A stretch of 64,000 bases of DNA, taken from the human T2T-CHM13v2.0 reference genome, Homo sapiens. Shown one piece after another: positions 12,165 to 26,945 of the stretch. Location of the stretch: assembly GCF_009914755.1 (NCBI RefSeq), contig NC_060926.1; one strand, given 5' to 3'. Under the pieces are notes generated by a model. It was given only the letters and a program-made list of their open reading frames with translations. It made no database searches and was not told where the DNA came from. A program made the translations under genes and the position numbers. Position 1 is the stretch's first letter. Each line of letters begins with the position of its first letter.

Positions 12165-15100
12165 AAACCTTTAAAATTTGAGATAATTGTAGATTCACAC
12201 ATAGTTGTAAGATATAATATATAATAATAATACAGAAATAATATACCCAGTTTTTCTAACATCTCACATAACTGTAATACAATATCACAAGCAGGACATT
12301 TATATTAATAAAATCTGTATACCTTCTTTAGATTGACGGACATTCATTTGTGTTTGTTTAGTTCTATGCAATTTTATCATTAAGTGTGGATTCACAAGAC
12401 TCCACCACAGTCAAAAAGCAAAACAATTCCACAATAAGGATCACTTATGCTACCTTTCATAACCACAGCCACTTCCCATGGCAACCACTAATCTGTTCTC
12501 TATTTCTATGATTTTGTCATTTTATTTTCAAGAATCTTACGTACATAGAATCATAAAATATGTAACCTTTCTGAGACTAGCTTTTTTTACTCAGCATAAT
12601 TCCTTGAGATCCATTCAAGTTGTTACGTGGATCAATAATTGTTCGTTTTTGTTGTCAAGCGGTATTCCCATGCTATGAATGCACCACAATGTTTTTAGCC
12701 ATTCACTTGTCAAAGGCCTTACGTATTGTTGCTAGTTTGGAGCTGTTATGAATAAAGCTGCTGAATAAATTTATGTACAAATTTTTTTGTGAACATAAGT
12801 TTTCATCGTTCAGTTGCTAAAACTGAGTGCAATTGCTGGGTCCTGTGGTTTGCTTATGTTGAGCTTTTTGATCAACTTCCATACTCATTTTCATTTTACA
12901 TTCCCACCAGCAATGTATGAGTGTTCCAGTTTCTCTGCATCCTCACTGGCATTTGGTGATATCAGTTAGCCATTCTTCTAGGTGTGTAGCAATGTAGCCT
13001 TGTGATTTTCCTTTTCATTTCCCTAAAGGCTAATGATGTTGAACATTGTTTCATGTGCTTTATTTGCCATCTGCGTATCTTCTGCAGTAAAATGTCTGTT
13101 CATATCTTTTGCCCATTTTCTAATTGGATTGTTTGTTTGCAAATATTTTCGACCAGTCTGTGGCATGTCTTTTCATCTTCTTAACAAGGTTTATTCAGAG
13201 CAAAAGTTTTATTTTTGATGAAGTTCAATTTATCAGTCTCTCTCTTTATGGATTGTGCTTTTAATGTCATGTCTAAGAACTATTTGTCTAGCCCTAATTC
13301 CTGAAAGATTTCTCCTGTGCTTTTTAATAAAAGTTTGATATTTTACCACATTTAAACTTGTGATCCATTTTGAGTTAATTTTTGTAGAAGGTGGGAGATT
13401 TAGGTGGAGGATCATTTTTTTTTATATGGATGCCCAATTTCTCCAATACAGTTTATTGAAAAGGCTATCCTTTACCTACTGAATTGCTTTTGCACCTTAG
13501 TCAAAAATTAGTTGGGTATATTAGTGTAGACTATTTTTGAGTTCTCTATTCTTTTCTCTCTTCCTTGTCTATCCCTCTGCCAGTACTTCACTGTCTTCAA
13601 TTATTATGTAGTGAGCTTTAATATCTTCTTACTTTATTCTTCTTCAAAATTGTTTTTAGCTATTTTATGAGCTGTGCTTTTCCACTTAAATTAAACTTGT
13701 TTATGTCTACAAAAACCATTGCTGAAGTTTGATAGAAATTGCACTAAGCTCATAGATCTATCTATTTGGGGATAATTAACACCTTTATTATGTTGGGTCT
13801 TCTGATTCATTAACATTGTGTGTATTTTTATTTAGTTAGGACTTCTTTGATTTTATTCATCAGTAGTTCATAATTTTCAGCATTGAAACCCTGCACATAT
13901 TATGTTAGATTTATAACTATTTCACTTTCTTTGTTGCAATTAAATTATACCTTCTATTTTTGATGTTGAGTTCTACTCGTGTTATTGGCTTATAGAAATA
14001 CAATTAATTTTTCTGTGTTGATTTCATATCCTGTAACTTTGCTGAACTCCTCACTTATTAATTATTCGAGATATTTTTGTGATTCCTTGAAATTTTCTAT
14101 GTACACAGTAATGTCAACTACAAATGGGGCAGATTTTTTTTTGTCCTTTTAGATATTCATGCCTTTTATTTCTTATTGCATTAGTAAAACTTCCAGCTCT
14201 ATGTCAAATAAGAGTGTAGAAAGCAAACCTCCTTCCTTGATCCTGATCTTAGGGAGAAAAATTTAATTTTTTATTATTAAATATGATGATAACTATAGGT
14301 TGTTTGTAGATGCTTTTTATCAAACTGAAGAAGTTCCTCTCTATTCCATTTTTCTGAGAGTTTTAATCATAAAGGTCACTGAAATTTGTCAAACGATTTC
14401 TCTGTATTGATATGAGTTTTCTTTTTAGTTTGTGATATGATATATTACATTAATTGATTTTTGCATGTTGAACCAGTGTTTTATACTTGAAAGAAGTCCC
14501 AATTGGCCATGCTGTATAATTCTTTTTATACATTTTTAAATTCATTTTGTGATTTTTGTTGAGAATTTTTATGACCAACTTCATGAGAGAAATGGGTCTG
14601 TAATTTTTATTTTTTGTCCTCTTTTTGTCTAGTATTAATATCAGGTATTATTATTTGTCTCATAAAATGAGTTAGGAAGTGTTCCCTCTTCTATCTTCTG
14701 AAAAAAAATGTGCAGAGTTGGTATTAATTCTTTAAATATTTCTTAAAATTTTTCAGGGGAACCATGTAGGCTTGAAGGTTTTTGCTGTGTGTGAGCTTTT
14801 TATCTACAAATTCAATTTCTTTAATAATTTATGACTATTCATAAATTATTTCACCTTAGCTGATTTTGGTAGTTGCTTTGCAGAATTAGTGGCTTTGCAG
14901 AATTAGTCCATTTCTTCTAAGTTGTTGAAATTATGAACATAAATTATTACATAGTATTTCCTTACTTTCTTTGTAATGGCTGCAGGATCTGCCACAATAT
15001 CCCTTGTTTCACTCCTGTTACTAATGATGTTTGTTTCCTCTCTGTTCGTATTTATCTTCTTGAGGTTTATCCCCAAGGAATTCACTTTTTGTTTTATTGA

Positions 15101-15832
15101 TTTTTATCTATCTTTTTCTGTTTTAATTTCATTGACTTCTGCTCTTATCTTTATTATTCCCTCTGTCTCCTTGTTTTCTGTGTATTTTGTCTTCATTGTT
15201 CAGTTTTTTTGACGTAGGAACTTAGCTTATTAATTTGAGACCTTTCCTGTCATCTAATGTAAGCATTTAATGTTGTGAGTTTTCCTCTCACCACTGCTTT
15301 GCCTATATTCCACATATTTGATATGTTATAATTTTCTTTCATTGAGTTCTATTTTTTAATTTTCTTTCACATTTACTCTTTTATTCATAATTTGTTTAGA
15401 AGTGTGTTGCTTAATTTCCAAATGTTTTAAGATTTTGTTGCTGTCTTTCTATTAGTGACTTCTAGTTTGATTGCATAGTTATCAGAGAACATGCTCTGCA
15501 TGATTTCATTTTTAAAAAATTATTAGATTTGTTTTATGGCCCAGTATATGGTTTATCTACTAAAAATAACCATGGGTTCTGGGTATATATTCTTTTTGTT
15601 TTATGTGTTCTACAGTTCTTCTATATCCTAGATGACTTTCTGTCTAGTAGTTTGATCAATTACTGAGAATGAGTCATTGAGTCTGCAACTATGATTGTGG
15701 ATTTTTCTATTTCCTCTTACAGCTATATCACTGTTCTTCATATAGTTTGAGGCGTTATGTAATTGGTACACACAAATTTAGAATCATTATGCCTTCTTTG
15801 CAGTTTGGCCCTTTTATCATTATGTAATTTTC
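12165..15832 (-). mobile_element. L1MC-like element (3'UTR plus most of ORF2, internally deleted), nested in an older L1
   Basis: 3' end tttgagataattgtagattcacacatagttgtaag; ORF-track peptides TKINSKWITSLNV and DIVADPAAITKKVRKYY...NNLEEMD are L1 ORF2. Confidence 0.88.
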
Positions 15833-15834
15833 TC

Positions 15835-16715
15835 CTAGCATAAAGAGTGCTGTAAAGTAATTAAAATTAAACATCACAACAAAACATAAAAAACATCCCT
15901 TTAAAGTTACAGCAATACAATAATGCTTGTTATCATTATTAATATTTAATGTGTCCTGAATCTTCTAGCTTGTGCAATAAGACAAGAAAATAAAATAGAA
16001 CATATCTGGAATAGAGGAGATGGACATATCTCTTTCTTCTTTATCCAGATAATTTAATTTACTTCCTAGAAAACCAAGGAAGGAAATTAAAATTTTGTGA
16101 ATTGATAAGAATTTTTTAGTTTGTGACTAGCTATAAAATAAATAGACAGAAATAAGTAGTTTTCTATACTCAGATATTTAGAAGAAAATAGAGAGTGCAC
16201 AGTACAAAAAAAATAAAATTTCTAAAAATCAACTTATAAATGTGTATTTTAAAAATCCTCAAGACTTTACTGACTTAAAATAAGACCCAAAAAAGCAGTG
16301 AGACATACCATGATTTTGATTAAAAGATTATTTACAAATAATTTAATACTACCAAAATATAATAATACATTTATTAGGATTTCAATGACATTTTTAACAA
16401 GACAAAAATTATTCTACAGTAAGAAATGGGTAAGAATGGCCAGGATTATTTAGAAATAGTAAAATAATGAAAGAGGACTTGATCTACCTAGCACTTAAGT
16501 ACCTTAAAAAGTTGTAATACCTTGTAGCTTTATGCTGTAAACAGTGTGAAGTTGGGCCTAGAAAAGCCAGGCTGATTAAAGGTATGCGATAAAACTTCAG
16601 AATTAATTGTAAAACATAGAAGTAGTTAGTATACAATAAAAAGTTTTTTTTCACATCAGTGGGCAGAGCAGACCATTTAATTGAAGTTTTCAGAACAGTT
16701 CCCATAGAATGGTGC
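15835..16715 (+). mobile_element. Continuation of plus-strand old L1M ORF2 (RT core to DSLFNKW region)
   Basis: atttaatgtgtcctgaatcttctagcttgtgcaataagacaagaaaataaaat resembles FNIVLEVLARAIRQEKEI; tccagataatttaatttacttcctagaaaacc resembles ADDMIVYLENP. Confidence 0.75.
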
Positions 16716-17047
16716 ATTATATTTTCTTCATAAATTTAATTTGCTTTGAATCTGGGAATATTTGCCATTTCTCTCTTTTTTTTTCCTTAAAGAGACTAGC
16801 TAAAGATTGTAAATAAGATTTTTCTTAAAAAAACAAAAGCCCTCAGACTTATTCATTGAATCTGTTTTTATTGTATTAATGCCTTTCTCTTTAACTCCTG
16901 GTTTGTTTTACTCTTATTTTTCTAACTTTAATATGAATAATTTGTGTTATATTATTCTTTCTTATTTAATATCAAAAGCAGTTTATACTACAATGTATGT
17001 TTAATTAGAACTGTGCCAACATGCCATAGATATTAATATATGTGAGC

Positions 17048-17341
17048 TTTTTTATTTTTGAGACGGAGTCTTTCTCTGTCTCCCAGTCTGGAGTACAGTG
17101 GCACGATCTCTGCTCACTGCAAGCTCCACCTCCCAGGTTCACGCCATTCTCCTGCCTCAGCCTCCTGAGTAGCTGGGACTACAGGCACCCATCACCATGC
17201 CCAGCTAATTTTTTGTATTTTTAGTAGAGACGTGGTTTCACCATTTTAGCCAGGATGGTCTCGATCTCCTGACCTCGGGATCCACCTGCCTCGGCCTCCC
17301 AAAGTGCTGGGATTACAGGAGTGAGCCACCACGCCCTGGCC
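17048..17341 (-). mobile_element. AluY-like SINE
   Basis: Diagnostic gcaagctcc...ttcacgccattct and ttagccaggatggtctcgatct; TSD atgtgagctttt on both sides. Confidence 0.95.
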
Positions 17342-17527
17342 AATGTGAGCTTTTATTGTAATTATTTATTAAATATTTCATAACCTCCATTCCCCCTACC
17401 CCTTCGGCACACATTATTTGTCTTTACATTTATTAGAAAAGATAAGATTTTACAAGTATTTGTTTATACTTTTGTTATTAACTTCTAGTTTTATTGCATT
17501 GCTGTTAGAGAATGTGTGAATTTATTT

Positions 17528-17850
<323 letters not shown>

Positions 17851-19076
17851 TGAATTTATTTCGTGAACTATATTGAGGTTTGCTTTGTAACTAATATAAT
17901 CATATTTAAATTGTCCATAGACATGTAAAAACGTGTGATATAGTCATATTAGTATAATTATGTATCTATTACATTACAAGAGTTTTATGATTCAGACCTT
18001 ATACACCCATTAATATTTTGCCTGAGATCTTTTAAGAATCCATAAAATTTGACAAAATCTCTTCCTTCTGTTAATTTTTGACCAATTGTCCCTTTTGTGT
18101 TTCTGAAAACATTTGTTTGTATAATTTGATGCTATGCAATTCTATCCATAAATTTTATAAGCATTGCCTTCTTTGGTGATTATATCCTTAATTTTTAAAA
18201 GAAAAATTGGTCCTCTGTTTTATCTTCTGTGTGATTTGCTTTCTGTGATATTAATAGAGAACATTAATTCATTTTCATCTATTATCATAAGTGATATGCG
18301 TGGTCTCTTTTTGTTATTATGATATTTTTATTTACTTCTCCCTTTTATTTTCTGTTCCTTTTTTTGGTAATGTAAACTATAATTTATATGAGTTACTTTT
18401 CCTAATTATTTCGAAGTTACAGATCCTGTTTTAACCATACTACTTGATGCCTTTAAGACATCTTTCTGGCCTCAGGGTCCTGCCCCTGGCTCCATCAAGC
18501 ACAAGGAACGCTTGTCAGACCCACTGATCTGCTGCTTGTTGTAACCATGCCTTATCGCCCAGCCCAGTGACTTTTAGGTGTTGTTATTTCAAAGCTGGAG
18601 AAACATATTTTGAGTGAGTGCTTGTTTGTGACCTGCACTTGCCCCTTCAAATTGAGGCAATTAGGCTTCTTCCAGATTCTCTACTTATATTTTGCGGAAA
18701 TGTACTTCTCCCCATATGAGGAAAAGTATGAGCTTCCTCTTGGTGACTTCTTCAAATCCAGCCCAGCTGCACAATATCTAACTTGCATTTCTAAAAAATT
18801 CTTTAATGCAACCATAATTTCAACACTGATTTTCTCCCCACCCTGCCTCCTGTCTGTATCATCTTTTGCTCATATTAATTGGACTCTGTGGAGGAGGAGT
18901 TGATGTTTGTGCTCAAGGTGGCTCTTTATCTAGCTAAGACTGATTCTTGAGGCCATGTGTGGAATATATTGTAGAGGAAAGCAAACTATGAAAGAGTTTT
19001 AAAAATGCAAATCACATTTTAAGCTTCTAAAAAAATTTAATTTCTCATACTCAGAAACATTTTTTAAAAATATAGA

Positions 19077-19428
19077 CAGTCATGCAATGCTGAATGATGG
19101 AGATATGCTCTGAGAAATGCATTGTTAGGTGATTTTGTAGTTGTGCAATCACAGAGGATACTAACACAAACCTAGATGGTATAGCCTACTACACACCTAG
19201 GCTACAAGGTATGACCTATTACTCCTAGGCTACAAACCTGTACAGCATGCTACTATACTGAATACTGTAGGCAATTGTAACACAGAGTAATTATGTATGT
19301 ATCTAAGCATATCAAAACATTAAAAAGGTACAGTAAACATAGAGTATGATGGAACCATATCATCATATATGTGTTTAGTCATTGGCCAAAACATCCTTAT
19401 ACATTGAGATGCATGAGATGCATGACTG
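19077..19428 (+). mobile_element. Tigger3a/MER7-like DNA transposon
   Basis: TIRs cagtcatgca...tgcatgactg, right TA; internal ctgagaaatgcattgttagg, cctactacacacctaggcta, ctcctaggctacaaacctgtacagcatg. Confidence 0.85.
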
Positions 19429-19624
19429 TATCTCAGTGTTTATAAAATGAGTATAAGAACAACTTTAAGAATACAGGTTTAGTATCCTAAATATGGATAT
19501 GATTTGTTCATCTTCATATTTTAAGCCTAAAATTTAAATTCATGGAGAAATTCTTATTTACCTCATATTCCTCCATGAGAGGATTTTTTTAAGTAAAATG
19601 AAGTACCATAAAATGATTAAATCT

Positions 19625-20126
<502 letters not shown>

Positions 20127-20494
20127 TAGTAATATTTTTAAGTCATCAAAATTAAAATTTAACATATGTAATTTTATATATCCTCTTTCATTTCTCTAGA
20201 ATCACGTAAATGATCAAATCTCATTACCCTATTCTATTTGCTATCTATGTTTAGGTTATTTTAAGGGGAATAAATATATCTTAGCTTGAGAGCTTCCCTA
20301 ACTTAGGGTCTTTATATTTTACAAAGGCTATGTATTTTATATCTCAAGAAAGACTGCTTTATTTGTTTGCCAATGTAATAACTGTCATAAAGAGCTTTAT
20401 CATTCTGACAATTTCCTTCACGTAGGTCAAAACAACGTAGCAGACATTTCTTCTGGGCTGCAAATTTTCTTTGGGAATGATTATGATTGTTTAA

Positions 20495-20833
<339 letters not shown>

Positions 20834-21044
20834 AGATACACTGTTTTCAACCCCAAAATAACAATAGGTCAAAACAACACTGAAACAAAATAGTTCATGT
20901 TACTGCCTTCGTACTTCTAACTGAAGTCTAATTTTAGTGAAATATTTTTGAATTGTAAAGGCTAGAAGTTTGTAACCTTCAGCATAATTGAACGTTTATT
21001 TTCCTACGATTAATTCCGTCTAGAATGACATGTGCAAAATAATG

Positions 21045-21145
21045 CAGTCATAGTAAACTTTGGAAGGAAACTTGGAAATCATTTTGTCAAACTATCTTAT
21101 TTATAGATGAGAAACTTGGGCCCAGAGAAGTTCTATGATTTGTAT
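21045..21145 (-). mobile_element. MIR3-like fragment
   Basis: ttggaaggaaacttggaaatcatt...ttatagatgagaaacttgggcccagagaag. Confidence 0.55.
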
Positions 21146-21409
21146 AATGAAAGAACCATAATGTTAGCAGCATTTGTGTTTTCCAAGCAAAACAGGACTA
21201 GGCAGAAAGTTGAATTGGTTCCCTGAATAATTCAGATCAAAAGAAGCTGAGGTATCTGAATTCAAAAAGCCAGATTGTATGTTTGCCCTCAAGTATCAGG
21301 ACAAATTTTATTTGGAGTTCCGCATATCCACACCATTTGCATGCCTTCTGATTAAACACTTAGTCAATGGTGACTATTTAAGCATAAGAAATTCAATTCT
21401 CATTTTCAC

Positions 21410-21655
21410 TAACATTTATTACCCATTTATTATGTGCAGACACTGAGCTGAGTACTATACATACTTCATGTCATTGAAGTCCCGCAGTTCCATAAGGGAG
21501 GCAATATCATTATTTCCATTTTGCAAAAGTAGAAACTCTGAGCTCTTATATGGAGAAAATTCAGTACTCTGCTAAGGTTTACACATCTAATAAGAAAAGT
21601 AGATGCTCAAGGGGGAAAAACACTTGCATATCTGACTCCAAACTATACTTCTCAG
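21410..21655 (-). mobile_element. MIR SINE
   Basis: aacatttatt...tatgtgcagacactgagct...attatttccattttgcaaaag...tctgactccaaa. Confidence 0.65.
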
Positions 21656-24600
21656 CCTGTATGCAGACCTCAGTCGGTGAAAAGTTTGTTGGAGACACTG
21701 GCCCGGCTCAGCCAAGAGTTTCTTGGGTCCCTTTACCTGTTGTTGGTGTGTCCCCCACCTCTTCCTCTATGGCCCTGCTTCTCTGGCTTGCATCAGGGCA
21801 GAAAACTGCCCTTCAGCTCCTGATTCCCCTCTCCAAAGTCTGGCCAGTGTCAGATATGAAGACTGGCTCCCGTACCCCAAGTCAGTCCATCTCTCAGGTT
21901 TGACTTATACTCCAGAGCTCCCTGGCAGATCAGACAGACTGAGGATGCTCGTTTGCCTAGCACGACTCCCTGGCCTGGCTTCCCCTTTTCTGTGGTCTGC
22001 TTACCTCATCTTTCACCAGTTTCTCCTGGAAGCTCTTCCTTCATGCATCGATTGCACAGAAATCTTCACATCACATCTTCTTCTCAAAAGCCTAACCTGA
22101 GATGCTTGTGCTTGTACCCCAGATGATGGGAAGATGTGGACTCTGGTGGAAGGCACATGATCAGATCCCTTTGTTTTCATGTTTGCATCTCATTCCTCTG
22201 TTGGATATTAAAGAAGTGTTCCTGAATCATGCAGGAATAGTCTCTGAGGAAATTATACTCTTCTTCCAACTCCACACAAGGAGGCCTATTTGGATAAAAT
22301 TTTTCCAGAAACGATTACATACTTTTCTCTTTCAGCCCTGCACAATAAAACATTCAGTCCCTTGACTCTCCACATTCTCCAAGCAAATTAAGAGTTATGT
22401 CCAACTTCACTGAAGATCTTGCAGAGCCCTTCTGAGGGTGGGTGATCCAGAGCACAGTGACCAGTTGGACAGCAGTGTGTGTCTGTGCATACCTGTCCCA
22501 CGGGCTGCCAAGAGTTGCGTGAGCCTGACCACATCCTCCCTGCTCACCAGGCTTCCACCACTCCCCAGCCTCTTGAGGGAGAACAAGTTTCCCTGGCTTG
22601 ATGAATGATACCCTTTGGCCCTGTCTCTGCTTGTGCCACTAGCTTTGTCTCCTACACTAGCTACCTTGTATTTGATCTCCCTCACTATGAAATCATCCAT
22701 AATTCCCCAAACCCAACCTGACACCACTTTTGATTATGGTCAGACATTTTTTTCCCTGGGAATTCATCCAGAGCTCTCATCCAGAATTCTACAGGAAATC
22801 CATTTTCTCCACTTATAGTACTGAGGCAGAAGCAGTGGCATCACATTTGACTCATCCACATGGCTGAATATCATTTTAAATTGGTCTGTCTGTTTGGTGA
22901 CAATTCATAAACCCCGGGGATGTTGTCCTTTAAAATGAACTTCTTTGGTCAGGGACCTCAGGATCCTCTAGTCTGAAGCAATACTCTTCCTCTCCAAGGA
23001 GGAAATGTGCCACCCCAATAAGAGAATTCTATTTACCCGATTATAATGTATACATGTTTGGAACCCACGTGGTTGTACTCAATAGACATAGGTGGACCTC
23101 TGGAGTCAGGAGACAACTTACACAAACATTACTGGGTCAAGCCCTTTGCTTACTGGAAGGCATGGACACTTCCAGTTACATTATCATGCACCTTCTTCAA
23201 CACTTACTTTATCTTTTTGCTTGACAGAGACTCAGAAGTGTGAAGAGATCCCCGAGGCTCTGTTTTTTTCTTTATATAAATTGAATAGAGGCATTGAAAA
23301 AAGAAACCTATGAGAACAGAGGTGAAGAGGCAGCTGTGGCTTTTCCTTGAACTCACCTTGGTGGTCATTCTACACCAGGGGACAGACCAGAGATGTCAAA
23401 GGACTAATGGTCCGATTCAGAGGCAGAGATCACAATGTCTCTCTGCATGGTTGCATGCCTATGGGTTTCAGTAGAAATTATTTAATCATGTCTCATGTGA
23501 AAGCTCAATTTAAATACCAATTCTCCTTATTTCACAAAATGGAATAAAGCTATGAGTAAGAGGATTTACACCCAAGACAACATCGCCATTGACACTCAAT
23601 CAGGCTTTCATAAATAAAGTCATGAAGAATTCAAGGCAACTACTTTGATTATTTGAGTCAAAAATTTATAAGTGTATTTTCTTTTCCTGGGAGGAATTTA
23701 AGAGCCAGTTGAGGAGAGGAGAGAGCCATATGTGGACGGTGACCCAAGAGTGTAGTGGCTGAGTGGAGCCATTGAGCCAGGCAGACTGAGGAGAGAGGAA
23801 CTCACTGTGGCAGTGTGTCAGACACGGGCTTGCAGAGGTCAAGTTTTCACTGCATGGGCCAAGTCAGAGATGACATGCAGATTCTAAATCAGTGTTATTT
23901 GGTCCTGATGTCTTAATAAATAGTTACAACTATGCAATGGTGATACTTTTCATTTTGCCTTAGTAACAATCTGTTGATATATAGGAAATGTCTGAAATTC
24001 TGAGTCTAGACAAAAATTTGTGGCTTCTACCACGATTTAAGACATTTAGTCTCTGCTTGTTTAGAAATGTCTACGTGGATGCTGTTCTGATGCTGAGACT
24101 AACTGGTCAGATAAGACCCATAGGATGCTTTTGGTTCCTCAAATCTGCAACCTCATGAGGGAGAGAGATCCAAAAACTAGCCCCTGTGTAACCTGTGATT
24201 AACAAGGCCCTGTGAGGAGAGCCCAAACAGAGGTCTCTGTTGCAGAGAAGATTAAGAGAAAGCAACCCACCCTGTCCCAGGGAAGCATGGGGTTTGCTAG
24301 AGTAGGCCTTTTAACCATGTCTTAAGTAGCAGTGGAGAAGGGGCTAAGGCAGCATGGTAGTGCACACAAAGACCCAGACTCAGGCACCGGGAATCAGGGG
24401 CCCTGAAGCCCTGGGTGTGTGGCAATAAAACCTGCTTCTTTAGTCTAGGTGTACATCCACGTGCATGAACAAAATAATTTCATGTCATGGGAGCATGGAT
24501 TTCTCTTAATTATTTGCCTTAGTAAATTTAAATACGTAACTGTGCATTCTGTTCAATTCAATTATACCACCAAATAATGCAAATTGATTTACTAAAGTAT

Positions 24601-24999
24601 AAATTGTAGGTTTTGTATTCTTTAGCTGGTAGACTTCAAGGCAGTGGTTTAAAATGTTAATACTTAGACTTTTGCCCTTTCAGCTTGGTAAGGAAATATA
24701 AAATGTGTACTTTGCAATAATGAAATAAAAGGAGTCTTATTGGTAGACACCACTTCAACCTGTCCCAGTCCAACAGAAGGCCATACATAACTTCCCTCTC
24801 AGGCTTTGGAACTCACATGTCCTCAGATGAATACAAACGAGGGACAAAAATCCTTTTGTGTCAAGCCTCCACAAATGTTGAATCAGTTACCAGTCGATTT
24901 AAGAACAATTGGAAGCTTTTCCTGTTTTAAGATGGAACTGAAACAATACCTCGTGATGACTAGAAGTTGTCATAATTGTTTTAATTGATGTTATTCTTG

Positions 25000-25330
25000 T
25001 GTTATCTCCGTTTATTGTGTATTTATATGCGTTTGCTTATCGCAGGTCATGCTTGGAAATGGGCTTTCAGCTCCATTTACATACACAGTTAACAAATCAA
25101 TCACGGCATGTATGTATATTTCTCAGCCCCACTTGTTTATATCAGATGGGCCTGCCATATGTAGTCTCTATACATTTCATGCCCACATGTTTATATCACA
25201 CAGATAATCCATCTGAGATTGATTTCAACTTCACTTTTAAGTCCGGGGGACTGACAGAGCAAATATGCATCTTGAAATACGGGCTGAAGTTGTTATTTTG
25301 CTACAGAAGAACAAAAAGACCTAATGCGTT
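25000..25330. promoter_or_regulatory. Candidate developmental enhancer (PBX/MEIS, TAATCC, E-boxes)
   Basis: Unique sequence with ATCAATCA 25096-25103, TGACAG 25252-25257, TAATCC 25205-25210 and four E-boxes; motif evidence only. Confidence 0.3.
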
Positions 25331-26794
25331 TTTTTTTTTAACTCTTTGTTATGGATCTATTTAAAGTGATGTTCCTGCAGCTTGTTGTTAGAAATTGCTG
25401 GAGAAGAAAGTTGCCATCAGAACACTGCAGTTCTCTAATTTCACACTAGGCTCTCCTCTCACCCCACCCCCACTCCCCCTACCAGCACTAAAAGCAAAAA
25501 GATGGTGTAAACAAAGCCACAGAGACAATCACTTGCAGAGCAATGCATTCTAACATTAAGCATTTATATCACGGCTGATGGAGAAATGGCATGTTCAATT
25601 TACACTCTATTTATAAATGATAGACGTCTATACACACATTTCCTACCTGTCTTTCATATCCCTATATCCAAAACAGGGCAAATAAACCAACAAATGTGCA
25701 AGGAGATATGAGGGAGAGAGTGTGCCATTGTTTCATCTATTCCATTTACAAACTTACAAGCCACAAATACACATCAGGGAAATGTGTTTTTCTCAGAGGT
25801 TCCTAATGTTGATGTGTTAATTCAGACATAATCGCAGCCACGTGGCCGCTCTTGCTACAAGGCAACACCTTTGTCGCTTTCACTGGGGTCTGTGCCTGGT
25901 AGTGCACAGGATTGGGTGGACAAAAACACACTACGGAGATCTGACATCTTTGCACCATAGATTATTTCATCATCCAAATTGGAAAGTAATCTCCTATATT
26001 TGGACTTTTGTGGGAATAAACATGTGAAGAGCAAAGTATCTCCTTTAAGGGATGGGCCCTTAGAAGTTGCCTGGCTCTTCTATTTCCTTTAATAAATATC
26101 CAGATCCAAACATTAGGCAGGATAGTGGCATGTAAGCAAATCTTCTGGGGGACAGAGGGGGATTGCAGTGTGCAAATACTATGAAAAAAACCTGAAAAAG
26201 CTATTAGGGTCCATTGTGTCATTCCAGCTGCTACACAGACATACTTAGTACATGTGTCAAAAATGCTTACTAAGTTTTTCTCTTAGAGGAAAATAAGCCA
26301 TAAGTACACAATAGCCTTTGTCTCTTTCAAAGCTGGATAACACAAGAGCTCTGCACATCTGTATCGAAGGTACCCGTGGTTCTGCACCTAAAGCTCTCAC
26401 TCCTGCTCCATATGGTTTGCTCTAATATCTCTGGGTGCCACTCACCTAACTGACAGGGGCCACACAAAACTCAGTGCTGGGGGCACAGGCGGATGCAGAC
26501 TGGGCAGACACAGCCTCTGCATCAAGTGCCTTGAGTGTTCCTTGTTCCGTTCCAAAAGCTCACACTTTCAGAACTTTCTGGAGTCACATTATATGTTCAA
26601 GTCAACAGACATACTGGACACTAATGACCTAAAAGGCTTCACAGTGGTTGAAATGTTTACACCACAGTTGCGGGAGCCAATGAGAATGACCACTTTGCAA
26701 ATACTTGGGATGAGAACCAAATGTGCAGAAAGAGGTGAAGTTTTCTTAGGAAAAATAACCAGAGCCCAGAGAAGACTACAAAATCCATATAGAA

Positions 26795-26945
26795 AATAGA
26801 ATCATTTAATTGTAGAGATCGAGGAGACCTCAGGGAGAATATGGTTCAAAATAGGACTGGAGGGACAAAGTAATTATTTGTAGAAAATTGCCATGTTCAT
26901 GGCCAGAGACAATGCAAGGGGCCAGGTCTCCCGACTCCCAGCAAA
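26795..26945 (-). mobile_element. MIR3-like degenerate fragment
   Basis: atagaatcat...gagacctcagggag...ccaggtctcccgactcccag. Confidence 0.4.

Noticed and set aside
10212-15212. ORFs with L1 ORF2-like peptides
   Set aside because: Short relics of dead L1s with many stops and frameshifts; not functional CDS
21680-21930. Possible old ERVL LTR (LTR16-like); also 36390-36620
   Set aside because: Only a vague resemblance; no diagnostic termini recognised
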